Shown here: positions 1-11,569 of the stretch, one piece after another
How positions within the stretch are numbered: the stretch's first letter is position 1
How the letters are laid out: each line of letters begins with the position of its first letter
Assembly: GCF_001194135.2 (NCBI RefSeq)
Contig: NC_068990.1
Coordinates: 56,909,350 to 56,950,742, forward strand
DNA length: 41,393 bases
Reading direction: 5' to 3'
Origin: Octopus bimaculoides
Taxonomy: Eukaryota
Position numbers and translations under genes: made by a program
Notes under the pieces: model-generated
Told to the model about the DNA's origin: nothing
Databases searched by the model: none
The model's input: only the letters and a program-made list of their open reading frames with translations

Positions 1-422
1 TAAATATACAGGGATTAGCATTGAGTTGCTTCTCCAACATACTGAAAATTTAGAAATAGCAGTCAAAGAACTACTGATTCTAAACTACAAATTTTCCTCT
101 AAATGGATGGCGATATTTATGGCACACATAGAACAAAAACCAGAGTGAAAAGCAAAAACAAACCTGCCTTTAGTTAATTGGATACGAACGTTTCGCGGTT
201 AAGATATTAATCTATTCCGACTCTTCAGCCCAATATTCTGATAAATTTGAAAGTGTCTCTAAAAAGATTCACGGTAATTTCTGGCCATGCGACACCAGTG
301 CCATAAATATCGCCATCCATTTAGAGAAAAATTTGTAGTTTAGAATCAGTAGTTCTTTGACTGCTATTTCTAAATTTTCAGTATGTTGGAGAAGCAACTC
401 AATGCTAATCCCTGTATATTTA
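1..422. repeat. Near-perfect inverted repeat (arms 1-125 and 298-422) enclosing a 172-nt spacer that carries a hammerhead motif; PLE pseudo-LTR-like inversion
   Basis: Manual reverse-complement alignment: arms match at 124/125 nt (ttttcctcta vs tttttctcta). The left arm may continue beyond the window start. Confidence 0.95.
177..234 (-). ncRNA. Type I hammerhead ribozyme, intact core
   Basis: Minus strand reads AUUGGG-CUGAAGA-GUCGG(AAUAGAUUAAUAUCUUAA)CCGC-GAAA-C(GUUC)GUA-UCCAAU. Stem I is 6 bp, stem II is extended with one bulge, stem III is 2 bp plus a 4-nt loop, and the cleavage triplet is GUA. All conserved core positions are present. Confidence 0.75.
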
Positions 423-649
423 TGATGATAAATGATTTTACCGAAAAAGGTTTTTTCATACTGAACTACTTGGCAAAATTGTTAATTATTAATTCTATTA
501 CTAATTGACGATTCCCTGCCCTTATTCTTGTATAATATATATATATATAGATAGATATAGATATACATGTATATATACTTCTGTATATATAAAGGAAACT
601 TGAGGTAATCATAATGGAATTATATCCACACATACATAGACATTTGTGT

Positions 650-687
<38 letters not shown>

Positions 688-689
<2 letters not shown>

Positions 690-1550
690 GAGTGCAGTGA
701 ATAAACTGTTATCTAGATTATTCAAAAATGAAAATAACACAGCCATCTCATTTTATCAGATATATTTACCGAAATTGCATGAAAATATCTTGAAATACTA
801 AAGAATAAATTTATTCAATAAAATCGCCATTGATGTCAATTACAGCTGCTACATGACTTTGAAATCTCCTGCAACTCTTCTTCTACACAGTCTCCTTGCC
901 TTCAGTTCGTCTTTGGTGTTATAAGGAGTTTTCTTGGTCTCTCACTCAACTGTGCCCTACACATAATAATCAAGCAGGGTTGCAGTCTGGAGAGTTAGGT
1001 GGCCAGATGTTAGGGGTGATGTGGTCGCAGAAATTGTCTGACAACCATGACTGGGTTTCCCTGCTTGTATGGCATGGTGCAGAGCCCTGTTGCAAGGCAT
1101 AAAGTCTTCCAGCAGCCACTCTCTTGATCCAGGGCAGCACTGCCTCCTCCAAGCACTTGATGTAGGTCTCCGTGTTGAGTTTGAGTCCGTGTGGGAAGAT
1201 GAATGGAGGCATAACGTCGTCATCACTAGTGATCACTCAAAACATCATGGTGTTGACTGGCTGCTTGATTTTTATCACTCTCAGTACATGTTTTGGGGAC
1301 ATGGCAAACCAACACATTGACAGCCAAACACTCTGAAATGTTCGTATTGCAGCTTTCTACATGAATGCCAAGCAGTAAAACATGTCATTTCCAAATTTCT
1401 GGAGTGAACTGCATCATGGGGCTGTTTTTTCTCACAGCTGGTACCCAACTGACCATACTATACTGTGTAGTGGACAAAATCAAAAACAAGCAATGTGTAT
1501 GTGCAAAATTAAAAGTATAAATTGGCAGCAATGTACCCATTGCACTCCTG
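688..1550 (-). mobile_element. Internally deleted Tc1/mariner DNA transposon, DD37D (maT/Bmmar1-like), inactive
   Basis: Minus ORFs 970-1236 and 957-1226 give QQ(G)SAPCHTS...WPPNSPDCNP(L)DYYV, with 37 residues between the second and third catalytic Asp positions. It carries a D->G change, a frameshift and a stop. Degenerate TIRs: cagagtgcagtgaataaactgtt (688) vs the reverse complement of the 1550 end, caggagtgcaatgggtacattgct; TA-rich flanks. Confidence 0.85.
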
Positions 1551-2204
1551 TATGTATATATATATATATATATATTCTCAGTATGCTCAAGGAATATTTA
1601 ATTCTATTGTTTTAAATTCAATATACATATATACACACACACATACATACATATATACATACATACAGACAGACAGACATACATATATGCACACACACAT
1701 ATCTTTATATATATATTTACATATATATATATATATGCACACATAAAACACACACACATATATATGGATATTTGTTCCATGCATGTGTATATGAATATGT
1801 AAGTCAGCACTGATTATGTAACAATACAATTACAGACCTTCCTGCATATATCAATGTGTAATTATATGCACTCTACATCTTTACAAATATATAATTTACC
1901 ATTCTCTTTTTCAATGCTTTCATAGTAATTTGCACTCAACTGAAGATTTATATCTATCAGTTATGAAACTACTCAATTTATGCAAGTTATACAACAAGTT
2001 ATTCCTATTTTTGCCATTCTATTTTCCAGCTTTCAGCATATGAGTTAAAGCTCCAGACATGCTGCAGTTCAATGAATCTCATTTTATCAACACTTATGTA
2101 TACTTCTGTTTCAATAAGATCTTGTTAATGAGTCAATTTATACAGAAATCAAATTATTCAGGATGAATAAATTGTACATGTATGTATGTATGTATGTATG
2201 TATG

Positions 2205-2250
<46 letters not shown>

Positions 2251-2541
2251 TTTATATATGATGTGTATTTGGAGTATATGTATGTATGTATGTATGTATA
2301 TACATATATATATACACAGACACACACACATTTATATATGATGTGTATTTGGAGTATATTTACAGATGAAGTCTATTTGTGTATAAGAAGAATATATGTA
2401 TATGCATTTAAAGAATGTACATGTATGTATGTATGTATGTCTATGTAAACATGGATGTATATGTATGTATATGTACGTATATATACATATATATACATAC
2501 ATGCATACATACATATATATGTGTATATGTATGTATGTATA

Positions 2542-2668
2542 TATGTTAAATAAAATGAAACAACAAGACCAAGGTTGTGAGGAATTTATAGGATATTTAT
2601 AAATGTCTTATAAATATCCTATAAATTCCAAACAGCCTTGATTTTGCTGTCGCGTTTTATTTAACATA
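2542..2668. repeat. ~127-bp fold-back hairpin (MITE-like)
   Basis: Perfect 22-bp core ggaatttataggatatttataa (2581-2602) / ttataaatatcctataaattcc (2608-2629) with a 5-nt loop, extended by imperfect outer arms. Confidence 0.85.
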
Positions 2669-2814
2669 AACATGCTCACATATGACCCGCATTAGACTCG
2701 TATTACTTTTGAACCAAGTGTCTAACTATGGTCCTCCCGTAGCACTTACATAGACTTACCTGCCATCTTGAGTCTTCTGAATACCAATACCTCTCATATA
2801 TATATATATATATA

Positions 2815-3069
2815 TTATTTTGTTTAAAAGAGTTCCAACACTGTCTGTTTTTTATGTTTTATTTATATTCCTGCAGAACCAATGTGGGATATAGAATATG
2901 GAATATACAATATATAATATAATATACAATATATAATATAAAATAAAAATGGATGGTACTATGAAATAAAGTATTGAATGTCTTATTGAATATATGGAAT
3001 ATGTCTTATTGAATAGAAGAAATATTGAGTGTTCAATATAAAGGATTAAATATATAAATATATAAAGGC
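2815..3069 (-). mobile_element. Truncated copy of the HHR-bearing short element found at 35345-35640
   Basis: Colinear and highly similar to 35345-35597 (aaaagagttccaacactgtctgttttttatgttttatttatattcctgcagaac...aaggc). Similarity stops after aaaggc. Confidence 0.9.
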
Positions 3070-3083
3070 TTAGAAAATATTCA

Positions 3084-3122
<39 letters not shown>

Positions 3123-3147
3123 CACATAAATACACACTGTAATATGT

Positions 3148-3242
3148 AAAGACTTTCTCTATTCCTGAGCATTATACTAATGCATCTATTTGTTGTTTAC
3201 ACCACCTGTCTTTGTCTGTTGTTTTTTCGTGAATCCTCCCTG
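3148..3242 (+). mobile_element. 5'-truncated copy of HHR family A short element
   Basis: aaagactttctctattcctgagcattatactaatgcatctatttgttgtttacaccacctgtc matches the region downstream of the HHR in copies at 9397, 10545 and 17067, and ends in (TA)n. Confidence 0.85.
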
Positions 3243-3994
3243 TATATATATATATATATATATNNNNNNNNNNNNNNNNNNNNNNNNNNNNNNNNNNNNN
3301 NNNNNNNNNNNNNNNNNNNNNNNNNNNNNNNNNNNNNNNNNNNNNNNNNNNNNNNNNNNNNNNNNNNNNNNNNNNNNNNNNNNNNNNNNNNNNNNNNNNN
3401 NNNNNNNNNNNNNNNNNNNNNNNNNNNNNNNNNNNNNNNNNNNNNNNNNNNNNNNNNNNNNNNNNNNNNNNNNNNNNNNNNNNNNNNNNNNNNNNNNNNN
3501 NNNNNNNNNNNNNNNNNNNNNNNNNNNNNNNNNNNNNNNNNNNNNNNNNNNNNNNNNNNNNNNNNNNNNNNNNNNNNNNNNNNNNNNNNNNNNNNNNNNN
3601 NNNNNNNNNNNNNNNNNNNNNNNNNNNNNNNNNNNNNNNNNNNNNNNNNNNNNNNNNNNNNNNNNNNNNNNNNNNNNNNNNNNNNNNNNNNNNNNNNNNN
3701 NNNNNNNNNNNNNNNNNNNNNNNNNNNNNNNNNNNNNNNNNNNNNNNNNNNNNNNNNNNNNNNNNNNNNNNNNNNNNNNNNNNNNNNNNNNNNNNNNNNN
3801 NNNNNNNNNNNNNNNNNNNNNNNNNNNNNNNNNNNNNNNNNNNNNNNNNNNNNNNNNNNNNNNNNNNNNNNNNNNNNNNNNNNNNNNNNNNNNNNNNNNN
3901 NNNNNNNNNNNNNNNNNNNNNNNNNNNNNNNNNNNNNNNNNNNNNNNNNNNNNNNNNNNNNNNNNNNNNNNNNNNNNNNNNNNNNNNNNNNNNN

Positions 3995-4029
<35 letters not shown>

Positions 4030-4039
4030 TTAGAAATAC

Positions 4040-4075
<36 letters not shown>

Positions 4076-4314
4076 CTCAAATCATCTATTAAACATTTCA
4101 TGATAGAGATCACATTCAATTTGTTTTTGCAATTTTAAACAAAATATCATCTGGTTTTACATTCTCTATAACCTTTCCGTTTTTGATTACTATTTGTTGT
4201 ACTTGAAATTTTATTGTACACTGTTTGCATTTATTATTTCCAAGCTCTTAATTATAACTTTCTGTTGACTCTAAAACTGATTTGCTGTAATTAATTTCAT
4301 ATGGTTTCTGCCAG

Positions 4315-4361
4315 ACCACTCATAGAAAAATTGATCATATTGCTCACTCTTGGGTCATTGT
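4315..4361 (+). CDS. Candidate short exon of an unidentified gene
   Basis: Acceptor tttcatatggtttctgccag and a perfect GTAAGT donor. Two open frames (PLIEKLIILLTLGSL or TTHRKIDHIAHSWVI). No homology recognised. Confidence 0.25.
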
Positions 4362-4807
4362 GTAAGTTAAATAAATCTCTGCTGAAATCAAGACTTGCCA
4401 GAAGAATGCTGTGAAATACTTGATGAAGTGAAGAAATGAAACCAATTCTGGAAAGATGAAATTTCTTCAGTCTTTATTTTTCTATTTAGGTATATTTTCC
4501 TTAAATACTCATTTTCACAATGTAATATTTCAACCAAGAATATTTAAGAATTTTTGCAGTACTTTACAGAACAAAATAGTAATTTGTAAATGAGAAGGAA
4601 AAGGGTTATCGATATCATTTAACCCTTAAACATTTAAACCGATGAATGCATGTTGTACTCTTCTTATAGTTTATTGCTTTTCACTAAATTATCAGTCAAG
4701 TAAACATAACATTGTTATAGAGATAAGGAAAGGAAAACAATAACGTCATAGTTATTTGCATTCTGTCTTTGAGATAGCGCATACACACACACTACGCGTG
4801 CGCACAT

Positions 4808-4842
<35 letters not shown>

Positions 4843-5016
4843 TACTTACATACATACATACATATACAGTATATCTATATGGTTATTGTGTGCATATATA
4901 TTAATTTAATATTCTTCATATCTTCTTGTAGATATCACTCCCTATATTTCATAAATATTGTCTCTTGATACTTTTATTTAGCTTTAATTTGTTGTTGTTG
5001 TTGTTATTATTATTAC

Positions 5017-5047
<31 letters not shown>

Positions 5048-5048
5048 G

Positions 5049-5650
5049 AGTGAGAGAGCAATGCATCCCATCAAACTGAGACTGGGGTTAAATATACAAA
5101 GCCGAGTATACCCATCATGACTACCCATCTGATAAGGGTACACCAGGCACATGCATTGCAACCATATGTGTGCAACATGGTGATCTCATATCAAGATAAA
5201 CAGTGAATGACCTTGCAGGTGGGGCCCAGNNNNNNNNNNTCAAGATAAACAGTGAATGACCTTGCAGGTGGGGCCCAGTTAGAATTTTCGTCAGGTTGAG
5301 TAGCCCATCCCACTCAAAAGGTCCCTGAATAAGGTTTGTTTAAGGATGATGAACAAAACACCCATGTTTGCAGAAGTGAATTATTCAAACTCCAAAGAAA
5401 GCCTCTCAGTACATGACTATGATGCTCCCCCACTACTTATGCTTGTAATCAGAGATGCACTTATCATCAGCCATGAAGGCACATCCTCAACTCTTTATGG
5501 TCAAGCAAATGACAAACAAATCCGTTGTACTGAGCAGAATATTTGGTGTAGGCCATCTTTTATGCCAAGACAAAACAATGTATATGATAACATTTCCAAT
5601 CAGTTAAGATCAGAAGCTATGAGAGCCACTGCCTGGTACTGCACAAATGA
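5049..5650. repeat. Unclassified interspersed repeat between (ATT)n arrays
   Basis: Higher-GC block bounded by (ATT)n/(TTG)n on the left and (ATT)n on the right. It resembles, from memory, an abundant octopus repeat. Sequence around the 10-N gap at 5230-5239 is duplicated, which looks like an assembly artefact. Confidence 0.4.
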
Positions 5651-6239
5651 TTATTATTATATTATTATTATATTTATGATCTTTTATTTTCTAGATTTTT
5701 AGTAATAAATATATCTCTTTTCTTTTATTGTACTAATAATATCTACTAGTTTCCTTTTAATTATATTACTAAAATTTCCTATTAAAAAATTACCTAATTA
5801 ATTTATATCAATTTTATTATTATTGCCTTCCATAATCTTTTAAAATTTTGACTTTGCATTCTTGTAACGTCATGTTGAGAATTTAGTATTTAACAAAGAC
5901 TTTCTTTCACCTGAAGATGTAGTTTAAATTCTGCAGTATTTGAAAAAATTTTTGCACTTTGCATTAATGTGGACATGTAAGAAATTCATTTATTAAATAT
6001 AATAACATGAATTATTTATATGTTTTTAAATTATGAACCAATTTGTCATGATGTTTGAAATTTCTTATTGTTAAATAAAATTTTATCAAGCTATTTCTCT
6101 GTCATTTATGACTTTATACACTCATTATTGTTTTCTATTGTATTCTACGATATATTCTATAGGTTTTGTAGAATGATACATTAAGGATCTTTTTTTATGA
6201 GTACTACCAGATTACTTGAATCCATATATTGTGGCTTAA

Positions 6240-6270
<31 letters not shown>

Positions 6271-6379
6271 AAGTAAATATAGATACATTCTTTGATTTTT
6301 TCTTCTCTCCACCCCCACTTCAAAGAATTTTAGCAAGTAATTGTGTTTCACTTATTTTCATTATGAAATATTTTTGCAG

Positions 6380-6441
6380 GAAATGCTGACAGTTCTTCAT
6401 TCTCAGAACCCCGTGAAAGAGAAAGTACTAATGTTTCCCAG
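6380..6441 (+). CDS. Candidate short exon of an unidentified gene
   Basis: Acceptor tatttttgcag and a weak donor CAG|gttaaa. Two open frames (GNADSSSFSEPRERESTNVSQ or EMLTVLHSQNPVKEKVLMFP). Confidence 0.25.
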
Positions 6442-7310
6442 GTTAAAAAAACTGAAGTGTTTTGCCTTTATAAAAAAAGGAAGAAAGAAAGGCTAAGTAA
6501 TTTTGAAATGGGAAAATAAAAATGCTTGGGGATGCTGTCTTACGCATCCACTAATAAAAGAACATGCTATTTAACATAACATAGTTTTCCTTGGAAAAGT
6601 GTATTTGCAATTTCACTGCATAGTTAACCATCTGCATGGTGTGGGCGACCATTGAGTTTTATATCTTCAGTACATCTAGGACAAAGTCAAATGTAATGAA
6701 GAAAGTCATAATTTTGTAGAAAAGTAATTGTTTCTCATATATTTGCAGTTAATCATTTTAACTCTCTTCTAATTAACATTCAATACACCTGAGTGGTTAA
6801 TAGCCATGCCTTGTTCACATTTATTGGCAATGTAATTAAATTATTTGGATGTTCTATAATATCTTGTCATCATTATACAACCTACTATTGTATATAAAAC
6901 ACTTCTAGTTTTAGACCTGGAAACCAGGTAAATACTTTCACAAAGCAAATATTTTTACCTTTCAAGTGAGCTTGGGAATGAAATAAATACGTATTGGAAA
7001 TATATTATTTTCAAAAACTACTAGTATAATATGTTAACTAAATATTTTAAACAATACTGAGTGTAATGAAGCTGAAACCAATTGTCTATAAAGTGATGTT
7101 CTTCACCATTAAACAATGCCTGCATCTATATTCAACATTGCCACTATCTATCTATTACAATTCCTATTGATAATTTTATCTATATCTCTCTTACCTTCCT
7201 CTACGAAATGAGGGTAGGCATGCAGATCTGCTAAAAGAACCTGCTCTGAACCCTGCTTCTCATAGTTTACTCAATTTGTCTCTTAGCATGAAGCTGATGC
7301 CACCATCCCT

Positions 7311-7546
7311 CCCATGGTTTGTTGTCCTGTGAGATGCATGGTAACTTCAGCAGTGCAGGTGGCATGAAAAAAGCATGCAGTACATGCTGTATAGTAGTTG
7401 GTGTTAGAAAGGTCATCCAGTCATAGAAATCATGCCAAAGCAGCCACTGGAGCACAATGCAGTCCATGAACTTATTGGATCTTGTCAAACCTACAGCCTT
7501 TGCCTGCATAGAAAGTGCACACATGATGACGATGACGATGATGTAT
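7311..7546 (+). mobile_element. RTE-type 3' tail element ending in (GAT)n
   Basis: gttggtgttagaaaggtcatccagtcatagaaatcatgcc...catgatgacgatg shares motifs with copies at 13150-13460, 22845-23040 and 23941-24050. Confidence 0.6.
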
Positions 7547-8012
7547 TTCATATAAACTATTTATACTGCAAACAATACATATTGGTGAAATTGTACAATA
7601 TGAAACTGCCTGTTACCATTTTTATTTTTCTATGTTTTGGGAGGTGGGTATTTTTTATAATTCTGAACAAAGAAAAAAAAAACATGTTTTAAAATATTAT
7701 TGAATAAAATAATATTGCCAGTCAGTACATTTTCCATTTTACAGCACATAATTAGTCATAAATTTCCTTATCATTCAGCATATTTGCCTAGCCTGCATGG
7801 AATGTAGACATATGATGATGATGTATTTCATATAAATTATCTATACATCAAGCAATATATATTGGTGAAATTGTACAACATGAAATCACCCTGTTACCAT
7901 TTTAGTTTTTTTAATATTTTGTGAGTTTTAAAATTATATTAAAAAAAAAATATTGCCAGTCATTACATTCTCTGTTATGGAGTCATAAATTTTCTTATTA
8001 TTCAACATATTT
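7501..8012 (+). repeat. Local tandem duplication (~7501-7790 and ~7791-8012)
   Basis: Both units read gcctgcat..gatgatgtatttcatataaa..attggtgaaattgtacaa..tgttaccattt..atattgccagtca..agtcataaattt..cagcatattt, with scattered substitutions and indels. Confidence 0.85.
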
Positions 8013-9280
8013 TCATAGTTTTTCTATCTTCTAAATAATATGTGTCAACAATAAATTTCCAGCAAAGCAAAACTCATTCTGAGGGCTTGGATTAGAGGTT
8101 TAGTGTCAAGAGTTTAGTGTTAGGGTTAGAGTTTAGATTTATTATTAGTGTTTTGGGTTACAGTGTAAGGCTTGGATTTGCAATTAGGATATAGAGTACA
8201 TGATTTGAGTTAAAGAAAAATGTAAAGAATTCAAATATGTTTGAAATATTTATAAAAAAACATAATCTTTAATATATAAAACATGGAAAATTTTTGAAAA
8301 AAGTTTTAAATAATTTAGAAATTGAAAATGCACAGGGGAAGATGCTTCATGCACAAGTCAACCATATATTGTATGTATATTGTATATTGATAGAAATTGG
8401 ATAGTCATTGCTGGAATGGTATTGTGTTATTTTGTTTTACAGTGGGTTATCAGCATGTAACTGAAATTTTTAGAAGTAAAAACAGAAACGCTTGTATATT
8501 TGTTGCAAATAATGTGTACATTCTGTTGGTGATATTAAATTTATGTAGAATTACAATTACTCTCATTTAACAAAATGGTCACCATCTGCTAGACAATTAC
8601 TGCTCCGAAATACATATGCATGCACACACATACATGCATATGTACACACATCTTATAGGCAAAAGAAAATAAATTTCTATACCAATATGCTGAGAATAGA
8701 CTTTAAATCGTCAATCACCACATTACAATATTCATTCACTATGAATACACATCGTACTGAAATTGAGGAAGGCAAGCTAACAGAGTTCATGAACTTTGGT
8801 TCTTTTCTCTAAATTATAAATTTATATATTATATACTGTGAAACTTAATTTAATTTTAATTTTTGATAAATTGAATTTAATTGAGTTTTTACATGCAAAT
8901 TTGGATTTTATCCCTAATATTATTATCATTACACACACACACACACATATATATACATCAAAGGATGTGTTATAATGCTTTTCCACAGCTATACCAACAA
9001 TCCAACATACCTCCATCATCAACTGCCCCATGGATATCATTATGGTTTCAACACCTGGGCAGTACCATTCAATCCAGTGGTGTCAACAGCACAAAAATAA
9101 GTATTGTTTGGGAACAAACATACCAAAGAAACTACAACTTTCAAACGTATTTACATATTATGTTCAACCGTATCAATAAACAAATTCAATAAGTAAATTA
9201 CAACCACTCCTAAATACATAACTAAACAATGATATGCATGTACGTATGTATGTATGTATGTATCTATCTATCTATATAGT

Positions 9281-9491
9281 CACCATGATAGATCGCTGAC
9301 CACGACATTCAATTTTTTTTTCTCTGTGTTTTTCTCCTTGTTTTTCTCCTTGTTTTCTCCTTATTCTTTCTGTTGAAGAGCGTAGCTCGAAACGTTAAAG
9401 ACTTTCTCTATTCCCAAGCGTTAAACTAATACATCCTTTTGTTGTTTACACCACCTGTCCTCGTCTGTTGTTGTTTTTTTCGTAAATTCTC

Positions 9492-9493
<2 letters not shown>
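9281..9493 (+). mobile_element. HHR family A short element, copy 1 (HHR-like motif 9365-9401)
   Basis: UCUUU-CUGUUGA-A-GAGC(GUA)GCUC-GAAA-C-GUU-AAAGA, followed by ~90 nt of conserved downstream sequence and (TA)n. Core position A6 is U in this copy. Confidence 0.7.
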
Positions 9494-9528
<35 letters not shown>

Positions 9529-9965
9529 TTAATGTTTGTTTTATGTTCAGTTATAATAAAAACAATTTTTCATAAATCTGATGGGTGACTCTATACTTTT
9601 GTAGAGTACAAATTTATCATTTTTAATCAAGAATATTGACAGTGACTTTGAAGTTTTGGTCAGTTATGCCATCATGAGATTGGGCAAAACTTTGAAATGA
9701 CTGTCAATAATGTTCCTCTTTAACACACACACGTATATATGTAAACATATAAAGTTCATTATATACAGTGACATCATGAATAGACATTGTTAAATCATGC
9801 CATTAGAAATTTAGTCTTAGCACAATCATAAAAATAGTTGTTAGAAGACAGAAATAGCATGCAACCTAGTTAAAATATATTTACATTCTAACTGCAAGCT
9901 TGCAGGAAATTCAATCATTATATGTTGATCAGTTATAAATACGTTGAAATTATGTGTATGTATAA

Positions 9966-10029
<64 letters not shown>

Positions 10030-10405
10030 NNNNNNNNNNNNNNNNNNNNNNNNNNNNNNNNNNNNNNNNNNNNNNNNNNNNNNNNNNNNNNNNNNNNNNN
10101 NNNNNNNNNNNNNNNNNNNNNNNNNNNNNNNNNNNNNNNNNNNNNNNNNNNNNNNNNNNNNNNNNNNNNNNNNNNNNNNNNNNNNNNNNNNNNNNNNNNN
10201 NNNNNNNNNNNNNNNNNNNNNNNNNNNNNNNNNNNNNNNNNNNNNNNNNNNNNNNNNNNNNNNNNNNNNNNNNNNNNNNNNNNNNNNNNNNNNNNNNNNN
10301 NNNNNNNNNNNNNNNNNNNNNNNNNNNNNNNNNNNNNNNNNNNNNNNNNNNNNNNNNNNNNNNNNNNNNNNNNNNNNNNNNNNNNNNNNNNNNNNNNNNN
10401 NNNNN

Positions 10406-10455
<50 letters not shown>

Positions 10456-10456
<1 letters not shown>

Positions 10457-10636
10457 ACCGCTAGCTACTAAATCCTTCTTTTTTAATTCTCTCTGTTTAT
10501 TTTCTCGTGTTCCTTTCTGTTGAAGACCATAGGCTCGAAACATAAAATACTTTCTCACCTTCCTGAGCATTAAACTAATACACCTATTTGTTGTTTACAC
10601 ACCTGTCTTCGTCTTTTGCTTTTTGTAAATTCCAAC
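10456..10636 (+). mobile_element. HHR family A short element, copy 2 (degenerate HHR-like motif 10513-10548)
   Basis: CUUU-CUGUUGA-AGACC(AUAG)GCUC-GAAA-C-AUA-AAAU, with the same downstream sequence as copies 1 and 3. Confidence 0.65.
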
Positions 10637-11020
10637 TATATATGCATGTGTGTATGTATGTATATATGCATGTGTGGATGTATATGTGTGTGCTTGTGTG
10701 TGTGTGTTTATGTGTGTGTGTGTGTGTTTGTTTGTGTGTGTGTGTGTGTGTGAATGTTTGCCCTCTGTGCTTCCCTGCAAAAAAATGCACTGAGCTACAG
10801 ACACTGAAGTTGTTGACATTTCCTTTTGAACAAATCATCTTTTAAAATTAAAGGAATGAAAATTCCCTTATTTGCAAAACTCTTAAGAGTCAGATCCAGT
10901 AATGGCGTCAAGCCTTCAAAACACTGCCACAACAATGTTTTCATCTAACCCATGCTAGCATGGGAAAACAGACATAAATTCAATGAGATGGATATTCCCC
11001 ACAAAATGTATATTTTTTAT

Positions 11021-11451
11021 CTTTTACATGTTGCAGTCATTAGACTGTGCCATGCTGGGGCACTGTCTTGAATGATTTTGGAGGAACAGATCAGCACCAG
11101 TACGTACATTTTTTTCCCTAAGTCTAGTATGTATTCTATCATTGTATTTTTGCTGAACTGCTAAGTTACAGGGATGTAAACAAACTAACACTGGCTATCA
11201 AACAGCAGAGGGAGATAAAACAAAAAACACAGACAGACACAGACGGACAGACACACACACACACACACACATACACACACACACATGTATAGTATGAACC
11301 TCTTTCAGTTTCCATCACCCAAGTCTACTCACAGGGCTTTGGTCAGCCTGGATCTATAGCAGAAGACGCTTGCCTGTGGGACTGAACCTACAGTGGGACT
11401 GAACCTAGAAGCAGGTGATTGGGAAGCAAATTCTTTACCACACAGCCATAG
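11021..11451 (-). mobile_element. tRNA-derived SINE (dominant octopus-type family), degenerate
   Basis: Reverse complement has a tggctgtgtggtaaag..ggttcagtcccac head (pol III A/B-box-like), an internal microsatellite and a 3' part matching 37860-38050. Confidence 0.75.
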
Positions 11452-11569
11452 GTATATATTTTACACTTGAAATTCTCTCAATCAGAAATGAATGAATGAC
11501 TGGCTTGTTGGATATCTGTAACAATCAATGCTTATTGTTCATAAGTTACACTATATAAAATAAATAAAA

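Noticed and set aside
2229-2358. Short direct duplication (cacacatttatatatgatgtgtatttggagtatat twice)
   Set aside because: Embedded in microsatellites; slippage or assembly stutter is the likely cause.
2695-2750. Possible relic HHR on the minus strand (ggacc...ggttc-AAAA...GTC)
   Set aside because: The CUGANGA core is absent and stem I cannot be formed; too degenerate to support.
5179-5278. Direct repeat of ~40 nt across a 10-N gap
   Set aside because: Typical unmerged contig overlap, not a biological duplication.
5346-5702. 118-aa plus-strand ORF
   Set aside because: It lies in a probable interspersed repeat, ends in (ATT)n and has no recognisable domain.
5911-5950. CTGAAGA-tgtag...ctgca-gtattt-GAAA
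   Set aside because: Six unpaired nt before GAAA and no stem III/NUH or stem I; likely chance.
8090-8200. TTAGGG-like degenerate hexamers
   Set aside because: Only one exact TTAGGG; too decayed to call an interstitial telomere.
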